A DNA stretch of 64,000 nt, from the NCBI GenBank assembly GCA_014905635.1, contig CM026548.1, positions 744,001 to 808,000 of the forward strand. The letters are read 5' to 3'. Below, in pieces: positions 1 to 13,189 of the stretch (its first letter is position 1; the number at the start of each line of letters is the position of its first letter). This DNA comes from Scenedesmus sp. PABB004. Its lineage: Eukaryota. Under the pieces are notes generated by a model. It ran no database searches. It was not told the origin of the DNA and saw only the letters and a program-made list of their open reading frames with translations. Both the position numbers and the translations under genes were made by a program.

Positions 1-2047
1 GGCTACACGTACTTGAACATCGACGGTGCGCACGCGACGCCTGCGCGCGACGCGCACAGCACGCAGCGCGCCCCCCGGCGAGCCCCCGCGCCCCCGCGCC
101 GCGCCGCAGACTGCTGGGCGGCGCGCGCGCGCGGCCCCGACGGCGCCCTCGTGCCCGACCCCGCCAAGTTCCCAGCCGGCATGGCCGCGGTCGCCTCGGT
201 CGTGCACGGCAAGGGGCTGCGCTTCGGGATCTACGCCGACGCCGGCCTCTTCACCTGCGCCGGCTTCCCGGGCAGCCGGTGCGGCGCCCGCGCGCCCGCC
301 CAGCTCCGCGCCGACCGCCCTGCCGCCCCGTGAGCCGCCGCCGCCGCCGCTGTGGCGGCGTCCACACAGCTTCCACGAACTCGGCGACGCGGCGCTGTTT
401 GCGGGGTGGGGCGTTGACTATCTGAAGTACGACAACTGCTTCGCAGCGTCGCTGGACGTGCGGGCCCGCTACGAGGCGATGCGCGACGCGCTCAACGCGA
501 CGGGGCGCCCCATCCTGTGAGCGCGCCGGCGGGCGCCGGCGACCGGCGCCTGCCGCTGCCGGCGCGCGCCCCGGCCGCCGCCGCAGCGCCGCCGACGCGC
601 CCGGGTGCGCCCGCCCGCCCGCCCGGCCGCGCGCAGCTTCAGCATGTGTGAGTGGGGCGTGAACGAGCCCTGGGCCTGGGCGCGCGGCGCAGCCAACAGC
701 TGGCGCACGGACGCCGACATCAGCCCCACCTGGGATTCGGTGCTGCGCAGCCTCGACAACGGAGCGGCGGGGCTCGCCAAGGCGCGCCGCGCGCCGTCGC
801 CGCGCAGCGCCGGCGCGCCTGCCGCGCAGCGCCGGCGCACGCCCGCCGTCGGCGCGCGCGCGCACGCGCGCCCAGAGGCCGGACGCGCCGCGCGGCCGCC
901 GCCCGCCCCGCAGTTTGCTGGCCCGGGCGGCTGGAACGACCCAGACATGCTCGAGGCGAGCGCCGAGCGGCGAGCGCTGCGCGCCGCGCGCCAGGGGGCT
1001 GCTCTGAGCGCGGCGCCGCCGCCGCCGCCGCCGCCCTTGCCCTTGCCCGGCACGCGGCGCGCAGGTCGGCAACGGGCTGCTCACCCCCGCGCAGCAGCGG
1101 TCCCACTTTGCGCTCTGGGCGCTCGTCAAGGCGCCGCTGCTGATCGGCGCCGACCTGGCGCACCTCGACGACACCAGCCTCAGCATCCTGCTCGCACACG
1201 AGGTGGGGAGGGCCTCGCGGGCCGTGCTACGCTTGCGGCGCACGGGCAGACAGCACACGCGCCGCGGCGGCGCGGCGCGGCTGCGCACGGAGCGGCCGCC
1301 GGCCCCCCGCACCTCGCACGTGCCCTCAGGTCATCGCCATCAATCAGGACAGCCTCGGCGTCGCGGGGGACATCATCTGGAAGGTGCGGGCGCGCGCCGC
1401 GCTGCCGCCGCCGCCGCCGCCGCGGGCGCTCCGCGCCCGCACCTGCCCGCGAGCCTCCGCCGCCGCCGCCGCGCGCCGCGCAGGAGGGCCCTGCCGAGGT
1501 GTGGGCCGCGCCGCTCGCGGGCGGCGGCTGCGCGGTGGTGCTGTTCAACCGCCACCACGCGGGCAACCCGGTGGAGATCAGCGTCACCTGGGCCCAGCTC
1601 GGCCTCGTCGGCGGCCGCGGCGGGCACCCCGGCGCGGCCGCCAAGCCGCCGCGCGTGCGGGCGCGCGTGCGCGACCTGTTTGCCCGCCGCGACCTGGGCG
1701 TGTTCGAGGGCGGCTACACAGCCAGGGTCGCAAACTACGACGTCGCCGTGCTGCGCGTCGAGCCCGAGTCGCGGCCGAGCGGCGGCGCCGGCGGGCCGCT
1801 CGCGGCCGCGTGGCGGCGCGCGCGCGCCGCAGCGTGCGCGATGCTCGGCGCGGCGCGCTGCGGCGGCGGCGCGGCGGCGGCGGGCGCGGACGACGGCGAC
1901 GCGGCGGGCTGGCGGCCGTGGCACGGCGCCGAGGCGGCGGCGGTGCAGGCGCGCGCGCGCGAGGCGGCGGCGGCGGCGGCAGCACGCGCGCGGCCGGCGG
2001 CGGGCGCGGCGCGCGCGGAGCAGCGGCGCCGGCGCCGGCAGGCGTGA
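1..2047 (+). CDS. alpha-galactosidase, glycoside hydrolase family 27 (5'-truncated by window edge; multi-exon)
   Basis: Exons give GYTYLNIDDCW, GLRFGIYADAG..TCAGFPGS, WGVDYLKYDNC (nucleophile motif), FSMCEWG, NSWRTDADI, GGWNDPDMLEVGNG, HFALWALVKAPLLIG, VIAINQD and a C-terminal beta-sandwich (EVWAAPL..VVLFNR..VRDLF). Stop TGA 2045-2047. Confidence 0.93.
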
Positions 2048-2131
2048 GGTGAGGCCCGCTCGGAGCGGCGACCCCGGCTTGGTTGCAACTGGGAGCGTGC
2101 CGCACCACGCGCCGCGCGTGCTGCCGCGCCG

Positions 2132-4146
<2,015 letters not shown>

Positions 4147-4193
4147 GCGGCCTCGCTGCCGAGGCTCTGCTGCCTGAGCTGTCCCTACCCGCA

Positions 4194-4714
4194 GCTGGCG
4201 CTGCCGGTCCAGTCACGAGCTGCTGCTGCCGCTGCTGCTGCTGCCGCGCCCGCTGCTGCTGCTGCTGCTGCCGGCGCCGCGTCACTGAGTCAGGCCGCGA
4301 TCAGGCGGCGCCACAGGCTGCCTTCAGCTCCCCTCCAGCCGCCCGCGAGCGCTCCCTGGCTGCGGGCCCTCGCCCGGGCCGCGCGGGCGCGCTCGGCGGC
4401 GCGCCAGCAGCGAGCGCCGCCGGCCGCGCAAGGGGCTGCGTGTGTCCCGGGGCGGGCCGTGCGGGCTGCAAGGGCCAGCGGCAACCGCAGGAGCTGCGCG
4501 AACGCGTCGAGCGGTGCGGCGGCGGAGAGGGGCGAGCGCGCTGCTGCTCCGCGGCTGGCGCGCTGCTGGCGGCGGCGGCGCGCGCGGGACGGGGGGCGCC
4601 GGTGGGTCGGGGCCGGCGTGTGGGCGGGGTGGCAACTCTGAGGTGATTCCACTGCGCAGAGCAGTTCAATGATCAGCGGCACACGCGGGGTTTGGGGCAC
4701 AGCGCGCGCGTCAC
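4194..4714. repeat. dispersed ~0.5 kb non-coding element, copy A (directly upstream of the HDAC ATG)
   Basis: Co-linear with 33984-34485 in the same orientation. Includes an identical 84-nt block (4376-4459 = 34147-34230) and an identical 40-nt block (4611-4650 = 34378-34417). Confidence 0.95.
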
Positions 4715-4798
4715 GATTCACATGCGAGGGTCGTGCATTCAACTACTGAGCTCAATGGCACACCTGAGGAGTCCAGCAACAGCTACAACAACCCGTGA

Positions 4799-5090
4799 GC
4801 ACATGTGCAGGCGGGGCAAGATCCTGGGCAGTGCTCCTCCGCGCCGAGTCGGCTCGTGCAGTGCTTCGTTGGTCAACCCGTCGCATCGCAGTCCTGCACA
4901 TGTGCAGGCGGGCAGGCAAGATCCTGGGCAGAGTGTTGTGTTGGCTGAACTCACTCACTCCACGGCGCGCACACGTGGTTGGATTCGTCGCCGACCGGTT
5001 TGGCAGTCAATGGCCGGCAGCATCATCGCCGGCCGTTTGGCAGTCAACGGCCGGCACCAGTCAACGGCCGGCAGCAGCAGTCTACGGTCG
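4799..5090. repeat. short degenerate direct repeats
   Basis: GCACATGTGCAGGCGGG(CA)GGCAAGATCCTGGGCAG at ~4799 and ~4896; (GTTTGG)CAGTCAAYGGCCGGCA-like unit 3-4 times at 4995-5090. Confidence 0.75.
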
Positions 5091-5384
5091 GACAAACAGC
5101 GCGCTACAGCGCTCCCTGCCATGAACAACACCCCCCTCCCCTCCCCGACGCGGCGCACTGCTGCGGCGCGCAACAGATGCCCGTGTGGACCTTGCAGTCC
5201 GCTGCGGGCCCTCCGCGCCAGTCGAGGGCGCCGCGCGCGCTCAACGCGCGCGCGCGCGGCGCGTTCACGCCTCGCCCCTCAAGGCCAGCATGCATGGGTG
5301 CCCCGCCGCGATCGCGGCCCGCGCACAGTCTTGCTGAGGTCAACGGGCTGGCTGGCCCTTAGGGCTGGCCTTGAACAGGCGGCG

Positions 5385-8300
5385 TTAAACGGGCTGGCCG
5401 CTAAACTGCCAGCGCTGGGCCTCAGGCACATCACCCTCCACAACAGGGGTGGCGACCGCAGCTGGGGTGACGACGAGGTCGCCAGCAAACATGCAGGGCG
5501 CCGCGGGCGCTCCCAGCCCAGTGCACAGCGTGAGGCGGTGGGGGTTGGTGGCACCACCCGTCGTTTCAATGTAGTAGAACACGCTGTACTCAACACTGTT
5601 GGCGTCCAATGCTGTCCATTCCTTTATCTTCCAGCGCTGGTCCTCACTAGTGGCATCGCAGTCGGCGAGCACGACGTTGCCGGCGGCGCCGCACGTGGCG
5701 TCCCCCGCAGGGCAGCGGCGCATGCACTTTGCGGCGTCCTCGAGCCTCACCAAGGATTCACCAGCGTACGGAGCTTGTTGATCATCAAACATCCAGCGCA
5801 GGTAGACCGCGTCGCAGCTGTCGAAGCGCACGCCATACAGGTTGGGCTGCCCGCCCGCCGACCCCGCGCACGCGCCGCCCGTGAGCGAAAGCATCTCGTC
5901 GTCACACGGCTGCAGCGTCTGCGCCGGCGGCCGCGCGCGCGCGCGCGCGCCGGTCAGGCCAGGCCGCCTGCGGCGCTGCGAGTCGGCGCGGCTCTGCGGC
6001 GTCCAGGCCCGGCCGCAGGGCACCAAGCTCACCATCGTTCCAACTGCAGCAAAGGGGTAGAGGCCAACGATGTACGGGTCTGAGGTCAGATCGGCTGAGT
6101 ATTCCTGCACTGAACCCACCAAGTGGGCCGCGGCACCTGGGTGCAGTCCGGGAAACAGCAGCAGGGAGCTCAGCTTCCGGGCGTACCCGCGCACGCGCGC
6201 CTCCCCCCTCCCCTCGCCCTGGAACTCACTCTGGCAGCGCGGCGGGCACATCTTGTTTGGGGTCGCGCTCTCGTGCGCCACCCACTGATAGCCGGCGCTG
6301 TATTGCGACGTCGTCGGCATGCAGGCACATGTGATTGTGTTGCTGCCTGATGTGCACGTAGAGGGAGTGTATGCCCTGGGGTCGGCGCCGCAGGGGTCCC
6401 CCGCGCAGCCAGAGACTGCGGCGGCGTTAGCCGGCGCGGACGGGCGGGTAAGCGGCGCAGGGCGCAGGTCCCCCCCCCCCCGTGCGCGCGCAGCCGGTGC
6501 TGCCGCTCACAGTCGCAGCGGCCGCTGGCGGGCGTTTTCCAGTTGCCGTCAGCTTGGCACCAGCAGGTGAAGCCGCTTCCGGTGAACCCTGGGTCGCAGC
6601 GCGCGTGGCAAGTGAAGCCCACCTGCTGGCCAGCGCAGGCCGAGGGCCAGCCGTAGGCGTGGTCGGAGTTGGCAGCGCTGGGCACGTCGGCGCACACGCC
6701 TGCGCGGCACGCGGGGAGGTGGGCGGGCGGGCGGCGCCGCGTGGCGTGCGCGTGGCGGCAGCCTGGCTGCGGCTGCAGCGCGGGCTGCAGAGTGGCACGG
6801 CCGCTACGGCTGCGCCGCTCACGCGTGCAGCCGCCGACGGCGGGGGCCTTCCAGGTGCCTTCACCGATGCACCACGTCGTGAAGCCGGCGCCCGCAAAGC
6901 CAGTGGCGCACGTCGCCGTGCAGTGGGAGCCTGCCGGCAGGTCGTCACAGTCAGACGGCCAGGCGTCTGCAGACGGGCCCATCCCAGGCAGGTTGGCGTG
7001 TCGGCAGCCTGTGCACGTGCCGGCAGGGGCGGCCCACGTTCCATCGCTGCCGCACGTGGCCGTGACGAGGCCGCCGCTGAAGCCAAATGCACACGGCGTC
7101 TTGCAGCTGCTGCCGCTCGGCGTGCTGTCACAGCCGGCCCACGCGGTTGCGTGGGCAACAGACTGGGGGAAGCCCGAGCACGTGCGCGTGCAGCCGCCGG
7201 TGGCGGGCGCCCAGGCGCCGCTGGCGCCGCAGAGTGCGATGTAGGTGCCCAGGAACCCTGAGCCGCACGCCATCGTGCAGGTCTGGCCGACGGCCTTGCC
7301 AGCGCAGCTCGACGGCCAGCTCTGGGCGCCGGCGTCGGAGAGCGGCGCCGGCAGGCCCCCACAGGCGCCTACGCGCGTGGCGGCAGCGCGTGGGCCGGGC
7401 GGTCTGCGCCGCGCCGCCGCCACCGCTGCCGCCGCCGCCGGCGCGGCACGCACAGCAGCGCGAGCTCTCGCCCGGCAGCGCTGCGCACTCACTCGGCAGG
7501 GATGGCGGCGGATTATAGACGTACACACACACGCCACCCGGCTGCACCTGCCACGTGCCCAGGCTGCAGCGCACTCTGTACCCCGGCCCGGCATAGTAGG
7601 TGGGCGAGCAGGGCGCGGCGCACTCGGTGCCGTGCGTGACGTTGCCGTCGCAGGCAGCCCAGCCCGACGTGCCGTCCGGCGCGGGCGGCCGGGTCTGGAT
7701 GGTGCAGCCGCCTGCGCGCGAGTGCGCGGGCGCGGCGTGGGGCCGCGCGTGAGCCTGCCGGCGGCTCGGAGCCTCCCTCCTGGAATTCCCAGGCTGGCTG
7801 CTGTCGAGCCGGCGACGCGAGCTGGGCAGGCGCGCAGCGTGCGCGCAGCGTGCTCACGCGGGGCGCAGCTGCCGCCCAGCAGCCTCCAGGTCGAGTTGAC
7901 GCACTGGGCTGCAAACCCGGGGCCGGAGTAGCCCTCGGCGCAGCCCGCCTCGCAGCGCGCGCCCTCGCCCCGGCCGGCGCAGTCGGCGCCCCACGCTCCG
8001 GCGCTGCTGTCATTGACCGGCGCGCCCGGCAGCTTGGCGCATGTGTTGGCCGTGCAGTTGCGCTCGACGGGGCCCCAGGTGTCAGCCGCGACGCAGCGCG
8101 CGGTGAGGCCCGGGCCGTGCTCGCCGGCGGGGCAGGGCGCCGTGCAGGGCGGGCCGCCGACGAGCGCGCCGCTGCAGTTGGCCCAGGCGATGGCGCCTGT
8201 GGCTGGCGTGGGCGGCTGCAGCGTGCAGCGCTCTGCGGGCAGGCAGGGACGGCGGCGGCGGCGGCCCGAAGCTGCTCAGCCCTGCTGCGCAGCAGCGTGC

Positions 8301-11300
8301 GGTTGTGCGAGCTCCGCGCCGCCCCCTCCTGAGACCCCGCCACGCACCTGGCGGGGGTGGCGCCGCGGTGCAGTTGCCTTCGCGCACCACCCAGGTGCCG
8401 TTGCCGACGCACAGCGCCGACCACGGCTCGCCGGCGAGGGCGCAGGGCGCGGAGCACATGAAACCGGCTGTCACGTTGGCGCAGCCGCCGCCCCAGCTCC
8501 TCGTGATGTTTTTCATTTGGGTGCTGACCTTTGGCGGCGTGGCGCAGCCGACAGCATCGCCCTGGCACGCTGTGCTCCCCGCGGCGTCCCAGGTCCACTC
8601 GCCGTCCGCGCAGACCGCCGAGTGGCCGCCGGGGCGGCCGCGCCCGCAGGGCGCAAAGCAGGTCGTGCCCGCCGGCGCGTACGTCGTCGCGCACTCGGCC
8701 GGCCAGGTCGTGTTGGGCGGCGGCGTGATGCTCGGCAGCTTGCCAGTGCACGCGCACGCGTCGCCCAGCGTGCCGGTTGTGTCGCCGAGCTCCCAGCGGT
8801 CGCTGCTGTCAGAGGGCAGCGCCGACGTCGACGCGGCGGCCGCGCGCGTGCGGAAGTGCCGCGCGGGCGCGGGCTGGCCGTCGGGCGTATAATACTTGAC
8901 GTCGGCCTGGCCGTGTCGCGCCGCGCCGCGCGCGTTTCAGTGCGTGTCAGCGCGCGCGCCGCAGCTTAAAAAAAACCAGTGCTCGAGCGCCCCGCTCACC
9001 GTCGCGCGCAGCGTCAGCTTCTTGGCCGCCGAGTCCAGCGCGTCCAGCAGCGCCTCGGTCTCCATCCTGCGCGAGGGCGGTGGCGGGGCAGCGTGATCAC
9101 GGGCGGGTGCGCAGGCGGTGGCGGCGGCGCGGCGCGAGAGGGTGGCCGCCGCCGCACCAGGGCAGGCCGTCCTGCTGCGGCGTCGCCCCCGCGGCGGCGG
9201 CGCGCGCGCGCGCCGTCGAGTCCATCGCCGTAAACTGCATGTGCAGGTACAGGCCCCACGTCGACGTCGGCGCGTCGCCGTCCTGCGCCGGGATTGCTGC
9301 CGCGCGCCACGCGCCGCGGGGCGTCGCCGCGCGCTGCGCCGCCGCGAACGGCCCCAGCCCCGTCGGCACGCCGTCGAGCGCGCCCGCGGCCTGCAGGCCC
9401 GCAAGGATCGCGCCGAGGCCGTCCACAGCACCGATGCCGATGCTGCCGCGGAAGAGCGGCTCGTCAGACGCCGCCGCGCCCGCGCGCGCGCCGGCGCCGG
9501 CAGCGACCGCGGCGCGGCGCAAGAAGAGTTGCTGCCGGTTGAAGGCCTGCACCACCATGGGGCTGCTCAGTCCGGGCAGCGGGTTAGTCAACAGCGCCAG
9601 CAGCGTCGCCGAGAATTGTTCCCGCGTCGACGGCAGGCTTCCAAACAGACCGCGAGCGGTCCATTGATGGGGCGGGCAGGTGCGCCTGTGCGGGCACGAG
9701 TACCCGTATGCCGTGTGGGCGTTTGCAATCTGCAACACCACATGCGCAAACGTTTGCATGAATGGTTGGGGCTGGGCCGACGCGCCTGCTGCGAGCGCCG
9801 CTGCAGCTGCGCCGGGCCGGTCGCCCGCCCGCCTCGGCGGCTTCGGCTGCTCCTCCTTCAGCTCCTCCTTGAAGGTCAGGAACTCGCTAACGTCGCACGG
9901 CTTGGCAACCGTCTCGCACACAGGGTCCACGCTGTACGGCCCCACAAAGCAGCTCCGCTTCTGCTCGCCCTGGCAGCCGATGACACGCGCCGCGTAGCCG
10001 TCCTTGATCGGCTGCCCCTTTTTTACCTCTTCTACAGTCTTGCGCATGAAGCTTTCGAGTGTCTTGCCGGACTTCTCGTCGTCCTTGGGGACCTGGTGCA
10101 CGGACTGCGGCGCTCGGGCAGCCGAGGAGGCGGCGGCGTCAGCCCGAGGGGCCCGCCGCGCCCTGCGCAGCGCTTGCGCTCGCCGCGCGGCGCACCTTGA
10201 GCACGCCGCGCGTGCGTGCGCATGTGCCGACGCCGCTCGGCAGCACCGCGCCCCGCTGGCCGCGGCGGCCACGCGCCGCGGCGGCGCGGAGCGCGCCCGC
10301 CGCGGCCAGCGCGTCCATCTGCCGGCGCGCGGCGGCAGGCGCATCCTCGAGGTCCTGCCACGTGAACTGGCTCGCTTCGGCAAAGGCAAAGGTGATGGAG
10401 TTGTTTGTGTACGAGAGCCACGCCGGCTCGCCGGGCCCCATCACGACGTCACTCACGCCCGGCGCGCTTTGAAGCTCATCCGCGATCGCCGCCAGCGCCG
10501 CCTGCGGCGCCTGCCCGCCGGCGACGAGCGCGTCCTCGACGCGCGCCGCGAGCGCGTGCGCGGCCTCGCCCGCCGCGGCGGCGCCCGCGGGCGTCGGCGG
10601 CGCGACGACGGCGATCGACGCGACTGCGGGCGCGCTCGCCGCCACGCCGTCGATCTCGACCACTGCGGCAAAGACCACCGTGGAGCCCGCGGGCATGGGG
10701 ACCTCGTCCACGGTGGCGAGGGCCATGTAGAGAGCGGCGATGCTGTCGGGGAGCGGCGGCGACGCGAGCTCCATGTCCTGCAGGTGCATCAGCAGCGCGC
10801 CGCCCTCGTTTGACAGGTACGCGGCGACGCGCGCGCCCGCCGGCGGCGGCGGGGACACGGTCGCGGCGAACGCCACCGTCGCGGGGCGGCCGGCCTCGAC
10901 CGTGCCCGGGAGGGCGGTGAGCGTGATGGTCAGCGGCGTCGGCACTGCGCGTGCAGCGCGTGCGGGCGGCGCGCACAGCGTGCGCAGCGTGTCAGTCGCT
11001 GGCAGCGCGCCGGCTCGGGGGGGGGGGGGGCAGTGAAAGGGCGCGCGGCGCCGCACCTTGGGCGGTGCAGCCGGACGCCGGCACCTTCCAGCGGTTGCGG
11101 AGCGAGCAGGTCGCGACGAGCTTGCCAAGCTCAAAGCCCGACCCGCACTGCGCGGTGCAGCGCGTCTTGCCGGCGCACGCGCTCGGCCAGGTGACCCCCG
11201 GCATCGCCTTGGGCAGCCCCGGGCAGGCTGCAGCCGAGGGGGAGGGGGGAAGACGTGCGTCAGGGCACGCGCGCTGCGCGCGTGCTGCAGCCCGAGCCCG

Positions 11301-12192
11301 GCCGCGGGCGGGCGCGGCTCAGCTCACCGCGCGTGACGCACTCCGTGCCCTTTGGGTCGGGCGTGGTCAGGCCCTTGGGACACTTGGCGCAGGGCTCAGT
11401 CGTGTTGCCTGCGCACGGCGAGGCCGGCGGGGGGGGGGGGGGGCAGGGCCAGGTCAGCGTCGGAGCGGCGAGGCCAGCCTCTGGCGCGTGGTGGGGGTGC
11501 ACCCGCCCGCGGCTCGCCCACCCACCGGGAGAGAAGCGGCCCGGCTGGCAGGGCAGGCACTTGCCCGACTTGCCCATGCCGTAGCCGGCCGCGCAAACTG
11601 CAGCGGCGAGCAGCAGGCGGGCGGGCGCGCAGCCAGCCAGGGTCAGCGCTGGCGGCGCCCGCCGCCGAGCCTCGGCGGCGGGCGAGCCCCCGGCCGCGGG
11701 CCGGCCGGCCGTGCGCGCGCGCGCGCGCCAGAGCGCCGCGGCGGCCACGGCACAGCGCGCACCGGTGCAGTTCTCGGCCCCGGGGCCGGGCGTGGTGTAG
11801 CCGTGGCCGCAGGGCGGGCAGCTCGTCGCGCCCGCGCGCGCGTGGCGCCCCGGCGGGCACGGCAGGCAGCGGCCCGCGCCCGCGGGGCCCTGCTCGGCCG
11901 CCACGAAGCGTTGCCCCGCCCGGCAGCAGGCGCACGCCTGCCGCCCAGCCGCGGCGGCGCAGCACACGAGGCAGCCGGGCAGGTCGCAGCGCTCGACGGC
12001 GCAGCCGGGCGGGAAGGGCGCGTCGCGCCCGCACGTCGCGGCGGCCTGGTCCAGATCACCCGTGTCGGTGGAGTTGGGGGGCGGCGGCTCCGCGAGCAGG
12101 TGGCGCGCCGCCGCGTGCGGCGGTGCCGTCGCCGCGAGAATGATGACCATCGCCGCCGTCGCAGCGGCGGAGGCACGGAAGCGCGGCGCCAT
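5385..12192 (-). CDS. large secreted cysteine-rich mosaic protein: signal peptide, ephrin-receptor/GCC-like Cys repeats, ~10 sushi/CCP-like modules, unknown central region, EGF-like module, C-terminal ricin-B-like lectin region
   Basis: N-terminus MAPRFRASAAATAAMVIILAATAPPHAAARHLL. CLPCPPGRHA..GATSCPPCGHGYTTPGPGAENC repeats. Repeated C-x-P..W..C..G..C..C..GF/Y..C..G-x-W..C modules at ~11060-11230 and ~6520-8760. GCAGDPC..TC..TCAC..GYQW at ~6230-6410. CMRRC..NVVLADCD..DQRW and AQRW at the end. Joining all exons into one gene is inferred from plausible splice sites, not proven. Confidence 0.7.
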
Positions 12193-12444
12193 GCGTGCCG
12201 GCTGCGGCGCGGTGGGAGGCGGTTCTCTCGGAGTGGGCGCTCGCCGTCAGGCGGCGCCAGGCGCGCAGGCCGGGGCGACTGGCGCGTCGCCCACTTCCGC
12301 GCAGCCTTCCGAGCCGGCCAGGCGCGCGCGCGGCGGCTTCCGCGACCACCCTAACAGCTTACCCGTTACGTGTGCAAGGTTGTCGACGCGCGACGTAGTC
12401 AGGGCGAAGCGTGCCCGTGTCGAGCGGCGTCTCGAAACATGGGC

Positions 12445-12461
12445 GTATATATTGCTTTATA
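12445..12461. promoter_or_regulatory. AT-rich TATA-like patch in the divergent intergenic region between the Cys-rich gene and the thiamine gene
   Basis: GTATATATTGCTTTATA in a very GC-rich background, about 250 nt upstream of the minus-strand ATG at 12192. Confidence 0.35.
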
Positions 12462-13189
12462 GTGCTGCCAGGATAGCGGCTGTTGATCGCTCAGCGCGTG
12501 TTGAGAGTCAGAAAACGTTGCAGTGGACCGTCGTGGCGTGCGGGCCTGACACTTACGGCCCGGGAGGGAGGGCACCGGGCGGTCGGTTCCAGTTCGCTCG
12601 TCAAAGCACCGCTCGTCATCCCGCCTGCCCGGCCGCACAAAGCGCACCACAGCAACCTATCCCTTGCAATTTCGTACGCGAACATTGCGAGCTGCGTACG
12701 ACGTCTCAGCGGCCTCACATCCGCCGGGCGGCGGCGGCGGCGGCGAAGATAGCGGCACGCGGCCAAACCGCCGCCGTCCACCTCGCTCGGCTGTCCATTC
12801 TCACCCGACCTTAAGCGACCGCCCGGCACCCGCTCACTCAACGCGCCCCTTTTTTTGCCTGCGCGCTGCCGGCGTGCCCCCACCGCACGCAGCGGCGCGC
12901 AACGGCGGCCTTTGCTGTTGCCGGGCCGCGGCTCCCGGGGTGCGCCCGCGCCGTCATCGCGGGCGCCGCGCCCGGCCAGCGCCAGCGCCGGCGGCGGCGG
13001 CAGCAGCGGCGGCAGCGGCAGCAGCAGCGCCGCCCCGCAGCCGCAGCCGCGCGCCTGGCTGGGCGTCGCGACGCGCCCAGGGCCTTCTGAGAGCGCCGTT
13101 CACGCCCCGCCGCCGCCCGCAGGGCTTGCCGGCGCGGCGCGGCAGAGCAGCGGCAGAGCAGCAGCGGCGGCCGTCGCGCTTGCGCGACG

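Noticed and set aside
4194..4714. Duplicated element as a known ncRNA (SRP, U3, RNase MRP, telomerase RNA) or a protein-coding gene
   Set aside because: No complete diagnostic motif set seen and no CCCTAAA template. The shared frame lacks an ATG and has many non-synonymous differences.
4799..5090. CRISPR-like repeat-spacer array
   Set aside because: Only 2-4 degenerate, irregularly spaced units in a eukaryotic context with no cas genes.
12935..13125. TPP riboswitch upstream of, or within introns of, the thiamine fusion gene
   Set aside because: GGGGTGC and CTGAGA occur, but the CCTGA..TAAT..GCG.AGG half of the aptamer is absent. The long intron at ~14345-14814 shows no aptamer core either. 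An Infernal search with the TPP model would be decisive.
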